Source of the DNA: Utricularia gibba
Lineage: Eukaryota > Plantae > Magnoliophyta
NCBI GenBank assembly: GCA_002189035.1
Contig: CM007989.1
Coordinates: forward strand, 2,728,001 to 2,792,000
DNA: 64,000 nucleotides
Direction: 5' to 3'
Below, piece after piece: positions 24,495-37,160 of this stretch. Every line of letters starts with the position of its first letter. The stretch's first letter is position 1. Below the pieces are notes generated by a model that saw nothing but the letters and a program-made list of their open reading frames with translations, did no database searches and had not been told where the DNA came from. The translations under genes and the position numbers were made by a program.

Positions 24495-26040
24495 ATGATA
24501 TCGGGAGAGGACATCTATAGGATAATTTCCGGCGTGATGCCACTCTACATGGCCATCGCCTTCGGGTACGCCTCGATTCGGTGGTGGCGAATGTTCGACT
24601 CCGACGACTGTGCCGCCCTGAATCGGTTTAGTTGCTACTGTGCCACCCCGTTCTTGATCTTCCGTTTGGTGTCCGGCATCGCCCCTGATCAGATGAACTT
24701 TCGTTTCCTCATGGGTATTGCTGTTGGTAACTTGATCGTAGTTGTTGCCCTAGCACTGTGGCTTCTGTTCTCCAACAACGGGGATTTGCCATGGGCCATC
24801 ACCACGTTGTACATGTCTACTTTCAAGAACACCGTGATTGTTGGGGTGCCAATGCTGGATGCGATGTACGGTCCCTTAGGGGTGGACTTGGTGACACAGG
24901 CCGGTGCCCTAAGTTACATAATTTGGGTCCCTGCCTTCTTGTTCCTCCTCGAATCCCGAAAAGCGTATTCCAGGGACGAAGCCGATGCGGCGGAGATGGG
25001 GGAGCAGCAAACACTCTCTCATTTCAGTAGGCTGAGGCAAACCCTCAGGATAGTGTGTTGGAAGCTGGCTACAAACCCCAACGCCTACGCCCCGGTCATG
25101 GGTCTCACGTGGGCTTTCATAGCCCAAAGGTGCGGTTCCATGTTCAGAAACTAACAGATTGGAAGATGGAATTGAAATAACATATGCATGTAAGAATGAT
25201 AGGTGGCATGTCGAGATACCTGTTATCGTCAATGGGTCGATCGTACTGATGGCGAACACTGCACGGACAGTGAGCATGTTCGCCCTTGGTAAGGAAGGAG
25301 TCAATCGAGACACAGATCCTAAAGAGATCTTCGTGTCCTAATCAGTTTTTTTTATTTTTTTTTTGTAGGAATGTTCATGGGAATGCAAGAAAAAATTGTG
25401 GCTTCCGGGGTTGTCCTAGCGTCGTACGGCATGCTTCTCTCGTTTGTCGTAGCGCCCCTTACAGCAGCCGTAGGGTGCATGGCTCTTGGACTCAGATCCG
25501 ACCCGCTCAGGATCGCTATCATCCAGGTTTGTTTGCTTATCCTTGCCAGGAATGTTGTTTAACTGGGAATGCAGTATGCGAGAGAAGTCAATTACAATTC
25601 AGTAAAATTGCAAGAATTAGGGTTCTTCGAATGCCAGAATCAAATCCCATCCCAATAGTGTCTGGTATATAGTTCATGATTGAGTTCAGGGCTAATATCA
25701 TGCATTCATGACGATGTAAATCAAAGGAAACTTTGGGTCCAACTTAAAGTATTGAGTTGAATCTACGCTCCCAAACCTGGAATAACAGCAGCCAATGCTT
25801 TGTAACCACAGGCTGCACTGCCGGAAGCCGTGGCGGCGTTCACATTCGCCAAGGAGTACAATCTGCACGGAGACGTGCACAGCACAGTGTAAGTTCCCCA
25901 GCCTCGGCCCTCAATCCCTTGGAATGGATCACACCTGACTTCGCTGCTGCTTGGTGTTTTACCGCAGGATATTTTTGAGCACGATGGCATCTCTTCCTCT
26001 CTTAACAGGATACTACGCAATTTTAAATGCTCTGCACTGA
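24495..26040 (+). CDS. PIN5: Short (PIN5-like) auxin efflux carrier, strongly divergent; exons 24495-25129, 25203-25288, 25369-25526, 25812-25888, 25968-26040
   Basis: MI..D.Y N-terminus, PLY.A...GY.S.RWW, ALNR, NPNAY, IAIIQ|AALP and FAKEYNLH; typical PIN C-terminal exon pattern, all in frame. The PIN5 orthology is inferred. Confidence 0.85.
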
Positions 26041-26302
26041 GATATCATCTGTTAGTGTAAAAGTAAAGCATTTGGTACATTGAATATCATCTGAGCTGCC
26101 ATTGTTGCCTTTGAACTGATGCGGATGGTTCCTTACCAGCCATCTTTTCTCTTTGCTAGTCTATCAGGGTGTTCTGTACTCTGTAGGGCTTACCCAAGAT
26201 GATTCATCATTGTGTAGTAAAGAATGAAGCAATGATCTCTTGTAAACAGTTTTATACACACAAAGATTAACATGTGAAGGCAAAGAATAATAAACCTTAG
26301 TA

Positions 26303-27295
26303 TCAGGAATCAATGAGGCCGCAATTGGTGATCACCACCTTGGAGTACGGCCTGTTGAACCCTCTCTCCGCCACAACCGCCCTCTTGTCTCCGATCAACT
26401 TCGCCACCCTGCAAACAACATCAGGCCCAGTATTTCAATGGTCTACTCATAAATCGGGCTGAAATTCGACATCATCTATAAAATGAAGTGGAGAGGGTTA
26501 CCTGAAGTAAGGAGAAGATGAGTTCTCTTGCACAGTTCTGACTTGGGAGATCCTCTCTACCACATCCATTCCTCTGATGATTCTGCCGATCACTAGCGCC
26601 GACTCGTCCAACTCCGGGGAGTCTCGCAGCACGATCGCGAACTCCGTCCCATTCGGCTCCACGCCCACTGCCTCTTCATCGATCTCCAGCTTTCCTTTCC
26701 GCGCAACCAGCTTCAATTTCGGTGGCGATTTCATCGGATCTCTCACAATTATGCTCACGCTCTTTGCTAAATTCTTTGTACCCGCGCAGTCGTTCTCCTT
26801 TTGTTTACTCCATTCCTCCAACAAAGCATCCGCCGTTGTCAGATCGTTCCCCGTCTTCCGCGCAACCTCCGCGTCCACACCGAACGATCTCAAGCCGCCG
26901 TGCTGCACGTAATTCGGCATGATTTTAACGAATTCCTTCCTGCGATAGGTCACGCCGGATTTCCCGCTCATCAGATCGGAAAATCTAGCAGCGCCTCGGG
27001 GGACGGATTCGGTGTACAGACCGATTACGATTCGCCCGACCGGTTCCCCGTCGATGGAAACGTCGATAAACGCCTCCTTAGTCGGAGACGCAGCCTGCAG
27101 GCATTCCGATGGAGAAGGAGAAAGAGAGGTTTCCGCTCTCAATTGCGGAGGACTGATGAGGCCAAGAAGCAAGGCGCCAGAGACGAACTCTCTGCGCTTG
27201 AAAAGCGGATATGGCGTTTGAATCGATGAAAACCAGGGCGCCAACGGCGGCTTAGCCAGCGGCGGCGGCATTTGGGTGGTGCAACGGCAATGCAT
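26303..27295 (-). CDS. CYP26-2: Chloroplast cyclophilin-type PPIase CYP26-2-like; exons 27295-26502 and 26408-26303
   Basis: AFIDVSIDGEPVGRIVIGLY, FVKIMPNYVQHGG, PPKLKLVARKGKLEIDEE, PNGTEF and SSPYFR|VAKLIGDKRAVVAERGFNRPYSKV. Confidence 0.9.
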
Positions 27296-27721
27296 CTCCG
27301 CGTTGGAACTACGAGTAGGACGGAATGAAGCTCCGGATAAGAGAACAGATAAACCTCCCCGTTCCCAAATCCTTCGACCTCATGCATTGGACACCGTTAG
27401 ATTCTGAATTTTCAATATTCAATTTTCTCCCCCACGTAATAACCAATCTCTCACATCGTATTGCGACCCCGTTAAATTCGATTCTGAATTTTCAATATTC
27501 AAATTCCCCCCCTATAAAACACGAAATAACCAATCTCTCACATCTTATTGGGACTCGGTTAGATTCCAACCTTGGTAAAATGTCTGCAGTGCTGGCCATC
27601 GGCCACTCTATGACATGTTGGGTTGCTGAATGATCGATCAGTTTGAGAACTGAATAGCTAGCTGATAACAACCAGAACTGGTTCAATCTTCAACTGATGT
27701 GTAGAACACGAAAACCGGCTT

Positions 27722-29137
27722 CTATTCGATAAGCCAAGGCTCGGAAACTGGACTCCATTCGCATACCTCTCCTTCCTTGAACCACAGAGCTGCAATAAGA
27801 ACGTATAAGCAAATAGAAGAAGCAAGTGATAAGCAAGAATGTAAGAGTGCGGTAGCCCTTGTGGTCTTATTGTAGAAAATGTTCTACTTTGTTCTAGCTC
27901 CATCACAGAAGAGCTGATTTCATGAAGCATGGAATCACTTAGAACGACAAGCTCAACATCACCATCTCAAAGAACAGGAACCCCAAAATCCATCCAGTTG
28001 CACAGAGTACAAATGTAACATGGCAGACAGGAAAATTTACCTATCTCCCTACTGCCATTCTCAGGGCTGTCGCTTCCATGCACTACATTTCTGCACATTA
28101 GAGAGAAACTTCGGTAACTGGATGAAACATGCAGCCAAAAGGTTTAACTATGAGGTGCAAAAGCTATGGGATTCTGTATTGCTTTCACCTTCCAGTTTGA
28201 ATTGCAAGGTCTCCTCTTATTGTCCCGGGTTCTGCATTAAGGGGGTTTGTAGCTCCGATCAATTTACGTGCTGAAGCAACGACACCCACTCCCTCCCAGG
28301 CCTTCCCACACAAGTTGAGAACGAAATTTAGGAAACACTTACAAATCAGTTGTTAAAGAAGATCAAAACGCACATACCATACAGACAACAGGTCCAGATG
28401 TAATGTAGTCAATGAGTTTAGGGAAGAACGGTTTAGAGTTTAAATCCCTGTAATGCTCCTGTAACAAACAACAATAATTGAACACGAGGACATCCCTGCA
28501 TGGCTAAACCTTCCATAGACGAGCCAATGGAGACCATGGAGCCATTTCATAGGCTCGGGCCAACCAAAAAATGACAGAACGCACCTCCGCTAGTTCTTTA
28601 GGGCATTGAAAGAGCTTCAAGCCTTTCAATTTGAAGCCCTTCTTCTCAAACCTGGAAATTATCTCCCCGACCTAGTTACAAACATGAAAGAGAACACTCA
28701 AGTCACCGGAATCAAATGAAGCTCATCGACAACAAATTGGGGAAACAAAAAAATCATACAAGGCCGCGTTGAACCCCATCTGGTTTAATCATAATATACG
28801 ATTCTTCAACATCACCCTGAAACACATCAGAATCAAATGCCGCTCAGAAAAAGCAAAAGAATGAGTTGAAAGCTGAACAAAGATCTAAATCAAATACCAG
28901 GGAAGCCACTAAAATGGGAAGGAAGATGTGGGGTTTGTCCTTCCCCTTGAGGCGGGGAGGCGAACGGGTGAAAAGGCTGGAAGTAGAAGGGAGAGCTGCG
29001 AGGCGGCGGGTGCGCACGTTAGCATAGCGAGCAATAGCAGGTGATAAAGAGGCGCTTTTTCTTGTAGTGGATGAAGAAGCGAGGGGAAGTGAGACAGCGG
29101 CGGTTGCTCCACCGAAGACAGCAGCTACAGAGTCCAT
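27722..29137 (-). CDS. NDPK2: Chloroplast nucleoside diphosphate kinase 2
   Basis: Transit peptide, then [13 protein letters not shown]|[22 protein letters not shown]|[29 protein letters not shown] and LWFKEGE...WLIE*. Confidence 0.94.
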
Positions 29138-29446
29138 CTACTGACCTCAAATTCGCATCCGCTCCTCTGCAACGTCCGCGTAGGCAATATTATTTATTGC
29201 GTATTTCACCATTTGTGATTTGACTAATACTAAAAGAAGGAATATTAGCACAAAACACTTTTTGAATATAAATTACAATTGGGAGGGTTTTTTTTTAAAA
29301 AAAAAAAATTCCCCCCAAACCCCCATACGAGGCTCGGCGTACTGGAGAGCATCCGTCGGGAAACCATCGTGCGGTGAGTGAAACACCTCCGATCCCGATT
29401 TTGATTGTGATTCTGCGGTGGAAGTTAGCCACCTTGATCGAGTAGG

Positions 29447-30128
29447 ATGGGTGGGCATGGAGGTTTGAATATCCTTCCACAAAAACGGTGGAATGCATAC
29501 AATAAGATTCCGCCGCCAGGAGGAGCAGCTTAAGCGTGAACAATCTCGGAGGCGTGATTCTGAACTTAGGCTTGAAAAGCTTCGAGAAGCCCGAGGGTTT
29601 CCTAGCCGCGTCTCTACCCAACTTGATGTGGATCCATCTTCGGCTTTTGCTCCGATTGAATCACCTGAAGTTCCTTTGGAATTGTCCATTTCTAAGCACC
29701 TCAATTTGTTTGAAGGATTCGGATATTTGACATAGCTAAGGAATCTGATAGGAAGGAAAGTATGCATAAGGGGAAGTATGCGGGTGCTACGAATAAGAAG
29801 GTGAGAAGGGAGGAGATTAGGGTAGTGGGTCCTGAGGATGAGAAATACCGTATGGTTTATGGGATAGCGGGGAAAGACTTGAAATTGCTGTGGTATATGG
29901 AGCGAAGGGTGGCAAATATGAGAAATGATGACGAAGAAGAAGAAGGCGGAGAGGAGCATTATGAGATGAAGTCGAAGGTAGCGAGAAAGACTGGCGAAAA
30001 AGAAAAAACGCAGTCTTGAGGAGTTGAGGGCGGAGAGGTTAAACAGAGAGAAATTGAAAAAGGAAAGAGTACGGGCTTCGCTGGCGAAATCTAGGAAAGA
30101 TGTAGGATTCTCGTCCACAAGGAGATGA
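29447..30128 (+). pseudogene. Decayed Cir_N / LENG1-like gene (CBF1-interacting corepressor N-terminal domain)
   Basis: Starts MGGHGGLNILPQKRWN and continues in other frames as EEQLKREQSRRRDSELRLE, HLNLFEG/IFD, GPEDEKYR..YG.AGK and LEELRAERL. At least three frame breaks and a deletion of about 11 codons relative to the family pattern as I recall it. Confidence 0.7.
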
Positions 30129-31179
30129 GTTATTTGTGATTTGATTATCCTCGACATTGGTTCACATCTTACGCCCAAGATAGGTGAGATTTCATTGTCA
30201 CGCTGTTGGTGAATGCTATGCTCTGTTTTCAAGATTTGTTCTTGAATTCAAATTTGATTCTTTAAATGGACAAAAAGATTATTTGAAAGGCTAGCTCATT
30301 TTTTTGAATGTGTGTTAAATGCCGTATGGAACAAGAACATCATAAATAGAAGACATTCACTTAGTCTATGTCAACCTCTTAAACGATTCGGGAGAATAAC
30401 TTCTGGAAAATCCATGTTTGTTAGTATCTTTCACTTGCATTGAACCTATGCCTTGACCCCATGTGTTGTTAGGGAGAGCTTTCCTTGATCAGGACCACAG
30501 CATCATGTTGATCCAACTGAGTTAATACATTCAGAAAATGCTAAAGCCTTGCCTTTTCATACACATGTGCGAATTGATTCACCCAACTTTAGAGGAAAGA
30601 TGGCATCTTGCAATTTTTGGTATTTTGCATGCAGAGAAACAGAAAAATTTGTGCCTATAGAGGAAAGATAGCATCTTGTGTAGGTATTACTCCAGCTTTG
30701 AGGAGCTTGATATGCTGAAGCCTGAATGCCGCGTCCTGGTCATGCTGAAGATTTATATTCCTTGTCAAAACCAACATTCTGTACATTTGACCGTTCAAGG
30801 GCCTTTCTGTCAGCTTGTTCTTTGCTTATCTGTGGAATGCAATGGTTTATCTACACGCATACATGAATCTAGTGTAACCTGTTGCCTTCCAGGTTCGATC
30901 CGGTTTTGTAACCATTGCAACAGCAGTTTCTGTTGCAGACAAAAGCTTTCAGCTGAAATCTTGTTCAAGGGCCATATTTGAAGCCATATGTATGGAGTAA
31001 TGAGGAAACGAGCGAGTCGAAAGAACCAGAATGGAACTAAATAGCAAATAACTTACATTTCCTTACCTATAAACGAGTGCTCAAAGATTACACAGTTCAA
31101 ATTGCATGAACTGAGCTCCCAAGTAAACTATCTACAGAAGGAATCTAGCACTAAGACCTGAAGGCTCTAAAGAAAGCAT

Positions 31180-31362
31180 TCAGGGAGCGCAAGAAATGCA
31201 AGCCAAGAACAAAAGTGCTGATGAGACAGCATCCTTTTCATAGTCCAAGCTGCTCTTCTTGAACCTTGGAGCTCCACTCTTGTTGCATTGGATCATCAGC
31301 TGCGGTACCTCTCTCCCCCTCACATATCTCTTCCCTTGAACTGCTTCTGCTCTGGAAACCAT
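31180..31362 (-). CDS. 60-aa uncharacterised plant small protein
   Basis: MVSRAEAVQGK...LMIQCNKSGAPRFKKSS...DAVSSALLFLACISCAP resembles a small-protein family I recall ending SSAILLLACIAC; not verified by search. Confidence 0.5.
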   Translation of the reverse strand: MVSRAEAVQGKRYVRGREVPQLMIQCNKSGAPRFKKSSLDYEKDAVSSALLFLACISCAP

Positions 31363-32386
31363 TCTTGTGTTGACCACTGGATGTCTGTATGTGTATTTCG
31401 CTAAATTATTGAAGCTGCATGGAAATCTTATGTGGATCTTCATTCATTTATAGACCTTAGAATGGGCTACATCCATTTGGTAGCAAGTAATAAACAGGGA
31501 CCACCCTCTGCTTGTCTTTTTCTTTTGGTTCAAAATCTCTTCCGTTTTACATTCCTTCCCCCTCCCCATCCAAAAATCCACACACCTTAAGGTTTTCCCT
31601 CTCAAATTTTACAAAACTTCTACTTTCCATTTCGTTTTCCAGAAGTTCCATGTTACTATTTTGATTTTTTCACATTGTTCTAACCTTAAACATGTCGATA
31701 GGTGATCGATCCATCAATGGGAGAGAACTTCCATGATGATGAGATTGGCCAGTGTTAGTACTCCAATCATCCCTCATTAATTCATCTTCTTTCCCCTACT
31801 TCACTTACTCATGTTCAAGTAATGTTTTTCTTTATTGTTTGTCGCAATTTCAGACAAGAATTGTGATAAGGAAGGAGAAGTCGGCATTGAAAAATCAACA
31901 AAAAAAAAAGAAAAAAGGAAAAGAAAAGGTGCATGTGCCTGGGCATATGCACCCATTGTAGAGTCGCGATCTTGGGATGGAGTCTTCGTGGCGAGCGCTG
32001 CCTCATTTTTTGTTTTGGGTTGCTCTCCCTGCCTCTAATTCCTAAAATGACAAACAAGAGATCCGCCCGCCATTCACACTCAATCAATCCGTTTCATAAT
32101 GTTCGAATTTCGCAAAATTTTTATATTTCGTATTTGATTCCAAATTCGAATGTCAATTTTTTAAAACATATTTTATTTTTAAATGATTTTAATTATTTTT
32201 TCTTTTTTAATCTTATATTTTATTCATTAATGGGCTGGGCCGATATGGTAAGTGGGGGCGGCGCGGCTCGGCCCGTATGGAGAAGGTTGTTTTGCTTGAT
32301 GGGCGGGCCCGATAAGGGACGAAGACACTCTGGAGTGAAAAGCTCTCAGTGTGTTGTCGTGTACTACTACGTACAGTTTCATCATA

Positions 32387-35300
32387 ATGCTTGGAACCTT
32401 ACCATCTTCACATCCTCTCTTGTTCCTGCTCCAAAAACCATCCTTAAACCCACCACTTCCAATGGCGCTCCTTACTTTCCGAAGCGGCTTCTAAAGGGGA
32501 AGTTCCCTCATCCTCGTTCTTATGCTTCGGATGAGTTACCTGTTGGAGACGATGAGGAGTTCCTGGCGTCCTTCGCGCCAAAGGACAAAGAATCTGAGGA
32601 GGACGCTAGAAGAAGGAATTGGGTTGAAAGGGGTTGGGCTCCATGGGAGGAAATTCTCACCCCTGAAGCTGATTTCGCTCGGAAGTCCCTCGTTGAAGGT
32701 GAAGAAGTTCCTCTACAATCACCTGAAGCAATTGAGGCTTTCAAGATGTTGAGTCCCAAGTACAGGAGGGAGAAAATGAAGGAGATGGGGCTTACGAAGG
32801 AAGAGTATTATGCTAAGCAGTTTGAGATTAAGGGTGAGATTCCGGAGCCATTGGAGACTTCATGGTCTGGGCCATTGGTGGTGGGTCTTGTACCTCCGAG
32901 GGATTGGCCTCCTAGAGGGTGGGAAGTGGACAGGGGCGAATTGGAGTTCATTCGCGGCGCTCACAAGATATTCTCTTCAATGAGAGTAAACTTTGAGGAG
33001 TTGGAGGACAAGGCGAAGAACGACACTGTGGATGTATGCCTTGAAAGATACAATTTGTTTCTGAAACAGTATAACGAGTGGGTAGAGGAGAATAGGGATC
33101 AGCTAGAAGAAGAGTCATACAAGGTTTGTTCTAGTCATTTACTAGGGAGTTTTTGTTTTCCGTTTTCATAAGAACTAGTGTCTGTTTAACAATTGATACT
33201 GAAAGAATACAAAAATTGCGGTGAGGTGACCAACTGCATGTTTCATTGCTTGAAGAAAATGAAAGAAACGTCTTTTAGCTGTGCGTGTTTACATTGATGC
33301 CATATATCCGCAAGAATGGTGTTTGGAATTGATGTGATATTGAGCTGTGATGCAGTATGACCAAGATTATCATCATGGAAGAAGGAAAAGAGGAAATAAG
33401 TATCACAAGGACATGGTATGAAATCATAGTATATTGTTACTAATGATTCCGGTGTTAGTGCACAACATTATGGTCACCATTCTGATTCTCATATTGTGTT
33501 TTTTTTTTCTCCTGCCTCCTACCTGTTGCTGCAGTATGAACTACCGTTCTATTACCCAGGGCAAGTAAGACAATCGCTTTTTTTTTCTTTGTCTTGCCAT
33601 GCAAGTTCTGTTAAACTTGTTAAGCTTATTCTTTGCATCCTGTGTCGAACTCCCCAGATCTGCGCTGGTAAAGTAGTTGCTGTTCATCTTTATCAAGGTG
33701 CATTTGTTGACATCGGTGGTGTTCATGATGGGTATAGCCATTTCTTTTTCTCATCACAACAAATTGATCCTTGGATCCTATTTTTCTTTCCCGGAAATGA
33801 AACTGATTCCTGATTGGTTCTATATGTACCTGGACTATGGGTTATGTCTAGCCTCTTGAGTGTATTTAGCCTTAGATTTGTGGATTTACTCATATTTTGT
33901 GGCAATTTTATTTGCTAAAACGCCCAATTTCAAGAGATGGTTGTGACTTCTGGCTCATGCAGATGGGTTCCCATCAAGCGGAATGACTGGTTTTGGATCC
34001 GGCATCACATTAAAGTTGGAATGCATGTGATGGTTGAGATTCTGGTTAGTATATATGTGTTTCTTATCTACTTTACCTTTTTATCTTGATTTTTGCGACA
34101 GGACTGAATGATATGGCTTTTGTTAAGGAACCCTTTTTTCCCCACATCTCATTTGCAGGCTAAACGAGATCCATATCGATATCGGTTTCCTATAGAGCTG
34201 CGGTTTGTACAGCCCAATATAGATCATCTGGTGTAAGCCTCAACTTTCTTTTAAGCTGGTCCAATTGGTTCTCAAACATATTGTCAAAGTTATATGGAAG
34301 CCTTCATCTGAATTAGATTTTTTTGACATCTGGTTTTCAGGTTCAACAGATTCGACTTTCCACCAATATTTCATCGTGATGATGATAAAAATCCTGATGA
34401 ATTGCGTGTGAGTGTATTCGTTTATAAGGAAGAGTAATTAGTCATTAGAATCCACGTTATAAGTAAGAAAACTGAACAAAATGCATCCTGGTCGTATTGA
34501 ACATTTGCATTTGTGCATAAGCATGGTTAGAAGCAAGCACTCTGTGCAGTGTTTAGCTGGTGCTTCATATATTTTTTCTTCACAGCGCTTATTTGCCTCC
34601 TTGCATGCACATGTTAACAGCGTGACTGTGGAAGGCCTCCAATACCTATTAAAGACCCTGAAATCAAATGGGAGGAGGAACCATTGTTATCAAACCATCC
34701 ATATGTTGATAAGGTTCTCTGTTAACTTACAATGATTTTGTAACTGAATCTCTTCTGCATGATGCTTATGAAACATCTTGTTAGAGTTTACTACTTGTCA
34801 CTTCATCCGTGGTGTTCTGTTTGTTGTGTGTACCATACAGCTTTGGGAGATCCATAATGCTGAACAGCTGATCTTGGATGATTTTGAGACGAATCCTGAT
34901 AAATACAAAGGCAAAAAGCTTAGTGAATTAGTTGACAATGAAGAGATTGATGATGACAATAGAATAGAGTATGGAGAAGCTATATACAAGAAATCACGAG
35001 TTCCAAAAGTAACTGTGGTAAGTGTTTTCATTTTCACCTTTCAATGATTGAAGAAGATGGAAACTCTATGATACTTTACTTCACCACCCTGGCAGAAAGT
35101 AAGTGTAAAAGAACTGGATATGGAAGCTGCACTTGCTGAACGTCAGGTCTGTGAGCTGCCATGTTTTGTTCATCAGCTTCTTAGCTTGCAGCCTATTCAC
35201 ATACAACTCAACACTATGAAAGCTGTATCATTTTCTTTTCCTGTGTGTGCCTTTTTTCTCTAGTTCCACCGCAAAATGATGAAAGAAGCTGAGGAACGAG

Positions 35301-35904
35301 GAGAGCCATACCAAATCATCAAGTTGAGAAGGAATGAGGAAATGGACGAATATGATCTCATCCATTGGCGCCGGTCTGTTGAAGAAAGAGAAGCCCTGCT
35401 CCGTGACATAAGCTGGTATAGTCCACGTGAGCTTCTTCTGTTCCATTTCTTCATCTGATTAAACTTTTTCATAATGAATGCAGCCGGAAGGCGCTGGGCT
35501 TGCCATTGGATGAACCAGGGCGATATGCAGATGCAAGCTTCTTCAAGGATGAATACGACCCTGATAATCCGTTGTACCGCTATGATTATTGGGGAGAACC
35601 GAAAAACTCAGAGGAGAGCAAGCATGCGCGCATGACAGAGGCACACAACAAGTCCATTGTTGGGAATGGAGCTGTTTGGTATGAAATGTCGTATGAGGAT
35701 GCTATAAAGCAGAAACAGGAGAGAGAAGCTCGTGGAATCAAACCTAGGGAGTACGATGAATATGATCCAAACGAGGATGATGATGACGATGAAGACTTCG
35801 ACTACAGCATTCTGGCATCCCCTAGTGCTGAGATTTCCAATGAGCTTCATGTCAATGGAACTGAGTCACTACGACTGTCTGATGAAGGAATGTTTGAGGA
35901 TTAG
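32387..35904 (+). CDS. PTAC10: Plastid transcriptionally active chromosome 10 (S1 domain, PEP-associated protein), multi-exon
   Basis: RRRNWVERGWAPWEEILTPEADFARKS, PPRDWPPRGWEVD, YELPFYYPGQ|ICAG, HLYQGAFVDIGGVHDG|WVPIK and YRYDYWGEPKNSE. The start at 32387 is inferred and needs +1 A at 32395-32396. Confidence 0.93.
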
Positions 35905-36134
35905 ATTTCTCCATGTCAGTCCTTGTATATGAGCAGATTATGCAGGTGTAGCATAACAGTTTTGTGACAAAAAACAACGAGGAATGAATTTGCTCCTAGC
36001 ACAAAGATCAAAACAGAAACTTGTGTTGAACAGGGCACCCATTCCAATTCAAAACATAAGCAGTACGCAATTTGCTGACTGCAGTGCTTGAAAATTATTC
36101 GAGCTAACCTCTGTTGAGAGTCTGCAATCTTCTT

Positions 36135-37160
36135 CTAAGAGTTTCTTCTTCTTCTTAGATGTAAAAAGCCAACAACCACAACTGATAAGCTGACCACGCT
36201 CACCGGAAAAACCCAGTATTGCTTGCTCAAGCGCAGTACTTTGCTAGTAAGACCCTCGGACTCACTTTTTTTGTGTGTAATCGTCAGTTCAGGAATTAAT
36301 GTCGATGCTTCTTCATAAATTTCTCCAATACAGAATTCCTCCATAAGTTCCCTCGCAGTGCGGCTGTGCCCAGCATCCTCGAATTCTTCTGTTGCGTCTT
36401 TACCTTCAAAAGAACACAAAGAGTGAAGTCTCTCAGTGTCAACATCCAGAATTTATTAAGAGACTGCATCTCAAATGCATACCAGTGGCTCTAAGCAAAA
36501 CGTCATCACCCCCCGGATGCTCTTCCAGATACGATGACACATCATAAACCTAGTCATATAGAAAACCACATGATCAACATACAGTAGACTTCACCAAAAA
36601 AAGTAATCAATATCCATGAACTTGATGCTTCAAATAGCCCAACATCTCTATCACGGTTCAAGTCGCATACAGATTCACGTTTGTAAATCAAGAACACACA
36701 TAGCTTTCTCTGAATCCAAAAATTTTCGGCACCAAATACACACTACATATTTCTAGTTGCACCAAAAAATTTCCATGATGTAAGATTGTAGCGGTAAAGG
36801 ACTTCAAACAACCCGGTCGAAAAACTTTGACAACTAATCAAAATTCTAACAAGAACTTCGAATTTCTACAACCAAAAGATTCCACCTTTAAAGAATAAAC
36901 CTAAAAAGTGAAACCAAAAGCGACATATTCAACTCCCACAAATGTTGTGTACGCAAGAGAAAATCACCACGTCGAATCCAACTAGTACAGAATCACTGCA
37001 TCCAATAAGTATTCCATCAAGCAGCAATAAGTTAATTATCCAACATCATCAGTTAAAGATAGAAGACAGACACCTTGCCGTCGATGACAACCCAGCAATC
37101 GTCAGGGGTTTTGTGTTCAGATGCTTCCTCCATGGTAAAAATCTTTGTCAGAGTAGGCAT
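36135..37160 (-). CDS. CB5-A: Cytochrome b5 (CB5-A-like), 3 exons, C-terminal TM anchor
   Basis: [26 protein letters not shown]|[18 protein letters not shown] and [14 protein letters not shown]. Confidence 0.93.

Noticed and set aside
28230-28250. Suspected frameshift in NDPK2
   Set aside because: A recount shows five G, so the frame NPLNAEPGT is intact.
29273-30232. 319-aa minus-strand ORF
   Set aside because: Antisense shadow of the purine-rich LENG1-like remnant; low-complexity, with no recognisable motif.
31933-32386. N-terminal 150 aa of the 412-aa ORF
   Set aside because: Runs through AT-rich intergenic and promoter sequence; not PTAC10-like.
33570-33580. Apparent GC donor (GG|GCAAGT) in PTAC10
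   Set aside because: The GT donor after CAA gives the in-frame YPGQ|ICAG, so this is an ordinary intron.
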